Source: Bdellovibrionota bacterium (GTDB lineage: Bacteria > Bdellovibrionota_C > UBA2361 > OMII01). From it: 64,000 bases of DNA. The notes below the pieces were generated by a model. It was given only the letters and a program-made list of their open reading frames with translations. It had not been told where the DNA came from and did not search any database. The stretch is taken from contig JBIJBE010000008.1 of assembly GCA_044345405.1 (NCBI GenBank), positions 36,519-100,518 on the forward strand, written 5' to 3'. Below are positions 59,281-64,000 of the stretch, one piece after another (positions within the stretch are counted from its first letter, which is position 1; each line of letters starts with the position of its first letter). A program made the translations under genes and the position numbers.

Positions 59281-60297
59281 TTAGCCGTGCGCGTGTCGTG
59301 AGGGAGGAGCTGTATGCGCGAGTGGCTCGCCCTGCACTTGATCCACTAAGTAGAGAGGTCGTTGTTGTCCCTGCTCGAAGATTCGACCCACGTATTCCCC
59401 AAGAATGCCTAAGACGGTGAGTTGTACTCCGCCGAGCAAGAGAATCGCGGCCATGATAGAGGTATAACCTGGAAAGCTTATGCCCACGAGTTTGAGCGCC
59501 ACAACCACTACGATGTAGAGGAACGCGAGCGCGGAGGTCGTGAGACCGAGATACGAGGCGAGTCTAAGGGGCGCGTACGTGAATGAGGTAATCGCGTCAA
59601 TCGCGAGGAAGAGCGATTTTCTGAACGGATACTTGGTGACTCCCGCGAATCGCTCAGGACGATCATACTGCACCGCTTTTTGGTGATAACCGATCCACGA
59701 TACCATCCCCCGCACAAAGCGGTGTCGCTCGCGAAGAGATTGAAGAGCGTCAACCGCTCTTCGATCCATGAGTCGGAAGTCGCCCGTGTCGCGCGGTACT
59801 TTAAGACCAGCGATCTTCTCAAAGATCCTATAGAACGCGAACGCGAAAAATTTCTTTGATGCGGACTCGCCCGCTCGTTTGCGACGCTGTCCGTATACAA
59901 CGTCGTATCCGTCGCTCCATTCCTTGAGCATCTCAGGGATCAGCTCGGGGGGATCTTGAAGGTCGGCGTCGAGAATCACGACAACTTCACCCCGAGTTTG
60001 ATCGAGGCCACATGTGATAGCGGTCTGATGTCCGAAGTTTCTCGCTAACCGAACGGCCTTAACAAACCCATCCTCCTGGGCGTAGCTGTCGATGAGTGGC
60101 CACGTATTGTCTTTGCTGCCGTCGTCGATCAGGACGACCTCGATTGGGAAGGAATACTTGGAGACAAGCTCTTTGAGTCGCCGACGAAGCTCCGGAAGCA
60201 CATCCTCCTCGTTGTAGCAGGGAATGACCAGGGACATGCTCAGAGGAGCTCGGTTTCGAGGTGTTCTGATGGTGTACTGAGGGGTCGAGTTGTTCAC
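59281..60297 (-). CDS. GT2 polyprenol-phosphate glycosyltransferase (GtrB/ArnC-like)
   Basis: IPCYNEE, DDGSKD, RNFGHQ, DADLQDPP, GDFRLMDR, two C-terminal TMs, GEYVGRI..RPLY. Confidence 0.93.
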   Translation of the reverse strand: MNNSTPQYTIRTPRNRAPLSMSLVIPCYNEEDVLPELRRRLKELVSKYSFPIEVVLIDDGSKDNTWPLIDSYAQEDGFVKAVRLARNFGHQTAITCGLDQTRGEVVVILDADLQDPPELIPEMLKEWSDGYDVVYGQRRKRAGESASKKFFAFAFYRIFEKIAGLKVPRDTGDFRLMDRRAVDALQSLRERHRFVRGMVSWIGYHQKAVQYDRPERFAGVTKYPFRKSLFLAIDAITSFTYAPLRLASYLGLTTSALAFLYIVVVVALKLVGISFPGYTSIMAAILLLGGVQLTVLGILGEYVGRIFEQGQQRPLYLVDQVQGEPLAHTAPPSRHAHG

Positions 60298-60591
60298 ATC
60301 AATCCTTGAAAAAACCTGGCCAAGGCCTAAATATCACGGGAGTTTTCGGGCGACAATTGATTAACCGCCCGACCTTGATCCCGTGGGAAGCGGTGTTCGG
60401 TCCGCTTCCTCACGCCTCGCCGCAACGCGCTTCCGGCGCGTTTGGTGGTTCGGCCAAGAGGGTCCTTAAAAACTCTACGGATCCTCTGACCTTACTTACT
60501 AAGTGATGCATACTCGAAGCTTCCCGGTGCAAAGCTGGATCTTTGACGCGATATAGTTGATCATCTCCCCCGTAACCGTTGGAGAAAACAG

Positions 60592-61698
60592 ATGAGTTTG
60601 AATATAACAGTGTGTTCGCGGTGTAGTGGGCCAGTTACTGAGGCGATGCGGTTTTGTCCCTCCTGTGGGAAGCGTCTCGCGCAGCGTAGCAAGAGGTTTA
60701 CTCTAGTGCTTGGCACCTCAGCGGTCGCTCTCTTTGGCCTAGGATTCGCGCTTCAAAGTTATCTCATCCCGCCGAAAAACGAGCCCCTCGCAAAACGGCA
60801 TTCTGAGGAGCCGGTTCAGGCCACGCCAGAGGATCCTCAAGTGGCTATTTTGCGTGAGGAGTTGGAGAAGGACCCTCAGAATATCGAAAAGCTGAAGGTG
60901 ATGGCGGGTATTCTTGGCGACAAGTTGCGAAACGATCCGCACAGTTCAAACACGACGGTGTTCGAGGCTATCGACGTGTTAAGTCGAATTTTAGCGATGG
61001 CTCCCAATGATCCGGCCGCTTTGGTGATGATGGCTGATGTTTCCTTTGATCAAAAAGCTTTCACAAAAGCTCAGGAATTCTATGAGCGGTATCTGAAGTT
61101 AGAGCCTGATAATCACGGCGCTCGAGCGAGATACGCCAGCACACTCACCTTCCTGGGTCAGTATGACAAATCGATCACCGAGTTGAATTCGGTGCTCAAA
61201 CAAGATCCGAAGAATTTCCCAGCGATGGCGTATCTCTCAATTACCTACGCGCAGCAGGGAGAGCTCTCAAAAGCGAAGGAAACAGGGAGCGCCGCGCTGA
61301 ACATCGCGCCATCGGATGAGGCTCGCGCTAGGTTCTCGGCGTTTATGACAACGCTTGAGGCTCAAGGGGGGGCGTCTCCCGTTCGTGGGAATATTCCAAG
61401 TGCTCAGGACGCGCCAGCGTCGCCTCCGGTAGCCGCTGGTGTGACAGGTTTTGTCGCGCAGATAAAGGCGAATCCGATCGCGGGCCCAAAGTTTGTAGGG
61501 CATGAAGAGGTAAAGGATGAGATCCGTTTGACTTTCAAAGATTTTCCGATGAGTCAGATGCCACCATTCGCGAAGGAGAAATTCTTCGGTTCGCTCAAGA
61601 AAGCGGCGCAAGGTGCAAATCTCTCTCATGTGAAGACTCTTTCCTTCATAGACCTCGCCTCTGGAACGGTCATGGAGCAGATCTCTCTGGCTAAGTAG
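60592..61698 (+). CDS. zinc-ribbon + TM + TPR protein
   Basis: CSRC..FCPSCG, hydrophobic helix, 3-4 TPR-like repeats. Confidence 0.8.
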   Translation: MSLNITVCSRCSGPVTEAMRFCPSCGKRLAQRSKRFTLVLGTSAVALFGLGFALQSYLIPPKNEPLAKRHSEEPVQATPEDPQVAILREELEKDPQNIEKLKVMAGILGDKLRNDPHSSNTTVFEAIDVLSRILAMAPNDPAALVMMADVSFDQKAFTKAQEFYERYLKLEPDNHGARARYASTLTFLGQYDKSITELNSVLKQDPKNFPAMAYLSITYAQQGELSKAKETGSAALNIAPSDEARARFSAFMTTLEAQGGASPVRGNIPSAQDAPASPPVAAGVTGFVAQIKANPIAGPKFVGHEEVKDEIRLTFKDFPMSQMPPFAKEKFFGSLKKAAQGANLSHVKTLSFIDLASGTVMEQISLAK

Positions 61699-61744
61699 AT
61701 GAACCTAGCCTACCCTCGTTATCGAATGTGAGGTTCTTGGGGGG

Positions 61745-62296
61745 ATGATGAAGAGCTTGATTGTTTCGGGAATGTTCGCGGTAGCGTTGTGCGCTTTTTC
61801 TCTGAGGGCTCACGCGGAGGGCTCTTTGTACGATCTCTCCGCTACACGAATAGATGGCTCCAAGACGAGTCTGGCGGAGTTTAAAGGTAAGGTTGTTCTC
61901 GTTGTGAACACCGCGTCGGAGTGTGGCTTTACACCGCAGTATGCGGAACTGCAGAAGCTGTATCTTCGTTTTAAGGACCGAGGCTTTGTAGTACTCGGCT
62001 TCCCGAGTAACGATTTCGGTGGGCAGGAGCCGGGGTCAAACTCAGAGATTCAACACTTTTGCTCATCGAAGTTCGGAGTATCGTTCCCTCTCTTCTCTAA
62101 AACTAAAGTAGTCGGGGAGGGGAAGGACGCCGTGTATCTCTTTCTAACCACAGCCACCGGAGGTCGGGAGGTGGGATGGAACTTTGAGAAGTTTCTTGTC
62201 GGAAAGGATGGGCTCGTGATCGAGCGCTACCCATCGTCCGTCACCCCAATGAGTCCGGATGTACTTAGCGCCATAGAGCGAGCGATAGCGAAGTAG
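61745..62296 (+). CDS. glutathione peroxidase (Cys-type, with signal peptide)
   Basis: VNTASECGFTPQY, LGFPSNDFGGQEPG, WNFEKFLV. Confidence 0.95.
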   Translation: MMKSLIVSGMFAVALCAFSLRAHAEGSLYDLSATRIDGSKTSLAEFKGKVVLVVNTASECGFTPQYAELQKLYLRFKDRGFVVLGFPSNDFGGQEPGSNSEIQHFCSSKFGVSFPLFSKTKVVGEGKDAVYLFLTTATGGREVGWNFEKFLVGKDGLVIERYPSSVTPMSPDVLSAIERAIAK

Positions 62297-62492
62297 TGAC
62301 CGACCTCTCCTCGTATCAGATACCTAACACACTGAACTCTTTACAGTGCCCGGACTCTTGGTCCCGGTTCCGCAATGCCTGCCAAGGCGCAAATTGCCCT
62401 TAAAATGGCGTTCTGAAGCATAATTCACTAGGTGACAAGGTTAAAACAGTGCTAAATAAGCATAAAACTAACCTTGCTTATCTTAAGGGTGT

Positions 62493-63932
62493 ATGGAGAT
62501 ACAATTACGCAACTTCTTAGAGATTCCTTACGACGAACTTGAACAGCTCAATTTAGAGGCTAAGGAGCGGGTCGCAAAGCGCTCCTCTGAGGATGAGCTG
62601 CGGGAGCACTACCTTCGGTATCTCCATGAGGAGAAGCGCATCAAAGCGGTGACGGTATGCTTCACCGATATTGAGGGCCGTCTCCACATGCTCGATTACG
62701 ACAAGAAGTTCCTCATTAAGTCGTACGACAATCTCACGTTCGACGGCTCGTCGATTCGAGGATTCTCCGTTGTAAAGGAATCCGATCTCCGTCTCGCTAT
62801 CGACTGGGGGTCTTTCCGTTGGTTGCCGAGCGATGTGTTCGGGCCTGGAAAGGTGCTCGTGTTCGGCCTCATCAAAGATCGCGACGGCCGCGGGTATAGC
62901 TCTGACATGCGTGGTCGTCTGAAGGAATTCGTTGATGAGCTCTATCAACGAGAGAAGATTACGGCGCAGATCTCTGTAGAGTGTGAGGGCTTCCTCTTCG
63001 AGGGGCGCGACGCTGAGCAGACATTCTCTGATAGTGTTGGCTTCAAGTTGGTTTCGAGTGGTGGATACTACAACTCCTTGCCAAAGGACCCGTTGAAGAT
63101 CTTTATCGACTCGCTCGCGGAGGCGCAGCGCGCCATGGCGTTTGAGAACGAGAAGGATCACCCAGAGGTCGCTCCATCTCAATTTGAGTTGAACTACACC
63201 TACTGCGACGCGCTTCTCGCCGCCGATCAGGTTCAGCTGTACAAACTGACCGCGCGGCAGATCGCGGCTAATTCTGGACTTACCGCGTGCTTCCTTCCGA
63301 AGCCCATTGCTGGAATCAATGGAAGTGGGATGCATACCAATCTGTCGTTGTCGAAGGGTGGCAAGAACCTTTTCTTCGACGCTTCAGGTGAGGACGGATT
63401 GTCCCCGGCAGCGTGGGACTTTATCGATCGCCTGCTGAACAACGCGAACGACATGTGTTTGCTCATCAACTCAAGCGTCAATTCGTACCGTCGACTTGAT
63501 CCGCACTTCGAGGCGCCCAACCAGATCCGTTCATCGGCCGTTGATCGCACTTCGATGATTCGAATTCCGCTCGGCAACGAAAAGTCGGCTCGTATCGAGG
63601 TGAGAACGGTGGCCCCAGACGCGAATCCGTACCTAACCTTCCTCTCAATTCTCTACACGGGATTGCGAGGACCGAAGAACGAGCAGCAGGTGACAGAGAA
63701 TCGCCGTTCTCGGACCCGTGTTCTTCCAGGGAACATCTACGACGCGATCCGCTTATGCAAGTCGAGTGAGTTCGTTTCGGAGATGCTCGGAGAGCTTGCC
63801 AAGGAAAAGTTCATTGAGCGTAAGGTCGCCGCGGCTGATAGATGTCCGCGTGAGCTTGGAAACTCGGTGAAGACGGGTGAGGTTCGTTTCCACCACGAGG
63901 TGACGAATCAGCACATCTGGAACAATTTTTAA
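62493..63932 (+). CDS. glnA: glutamine synthetase family protein (type I-like)
   Basis: FDGSSIRGF, HPEVAPSQFE, PKP..GINGSGMHTN, NSYRRL, IRIP, RIEVR..DANPYL. Confidence 0.92.
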   Translation: MEIQLRNFLEIPYDELEQLNLEAKERVAKRSSEDELREHYLRYLHEEKRIKAVTVCFTDIEGRLHMLDYDKKFLIKSYDNLTFDGSSIRGFSVVKESDLRLAIDWGSFRWLPSDVFGPGKVLVFGLIKDRDGRGYSSDMRGRLKEFVDELYQREKITAQISVECEGFLFEGRDAEQTFSDSVGFKLVSSGGYYNSLPKDPLKIFIDSLAEAQRAMAFENEKDHPEVAPSQFELNYTYCDALLAADQVQLYKLTARQIAANSGLTACFLPKPIAGINGSGMHTNLSLSKGGKNLFFDASGEDGLSPAAWDFIDRLLNNANDMCLLINSSVNSYRRLDPHFEAPNQIRSSAVDRTSMIRIPLGNEKSARIEVRTVAPDANPYLTFLSILYTGLRGPKNEQQVTENRRSRTRVLPGNIYDAIRLCKSSEFVSEMLGELAKEKFIERKVAAADRCPRELGNSVKTGEVRFHHEVTNQHIWNNF

Positions 63933-63962
63933 TTAGTAGACTCCTGACTAATTATCTCCTGG

Positions 63963-63992
63963 GCCGGAGCGGGAAACCGCTCCGGCTTTTTT
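63963..63992 (+). terminator. rho-independent terminator
   Basis: GCCGGAGCGG-GAAA-CCGCTCCGGC-TTTTTT. Confidence 0.9.
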
Positions 63993-64000
63993 GTTTGGAG

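Noticed and set aside
61745-62296. Selenocysteine in the glutathione peroxidase
   Set aside because: The active-site codon is TGT (Cys), with no in-frame TGA.
62406-62420. sigma-54 promoter for glnA (TGGCGTTCTGAAGCA)
   Set aside because: GG-GC spacing is one base short of the strict requirement.

Overview
A bacterial chromosomal window, moderately GC-rich by eye and densely coded. It looks deltaproteobacteria-like (Bdellovibrionota/Myxococcota-type); this is an inference from RpoH, a sigma-54 promoter and activator, FlgM, a CxxxY-type CcmE and a myxococcal-style Cys-rich protein. Most genes are housekeeping: pyrE, ctaB/cyoE, gpsA, gyrA, mtnN, apt, tadA, acnA, rlmH, rpoH, engB, riboflavin synthase, secA, hemW, glnA and two lepB. 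Five tRNAs are present (all four tRNA-Ser isoacceptors plus tRNA-Arg-ACG next to tadA). There is a split cytochrome c maturation system (ccmE-F-x-A-B, a two-gene insert, ccmC-D, and a distant non-canonical ccmH) and a small type IV pilus cassette with a perfect sigma-54 promoter. I see no CRISPR array, integrase, transposase or rRNA. The best candidate for an uncharacterised system is the ~10-12 kb locus at 50-62 kb: two tandem DUF2298/'Chlor_Arch_YYY' membrane proteins converge on an operon encoding a GtrB/ArnC-like GT2, an FAD oxidoreductase and a TIGR03663/Agl23-like GT-C protein, with a divergent TPR gene. Together these suggest a lipid-linked-sugar glycosylation pathway. Two non-coding repeat families were also found: REPIN-like inverted doublets and a covarying hairpin repeat next to tRNA-Ser 3' ends. 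All family assignments are from motif recognition by eye, not database searches.
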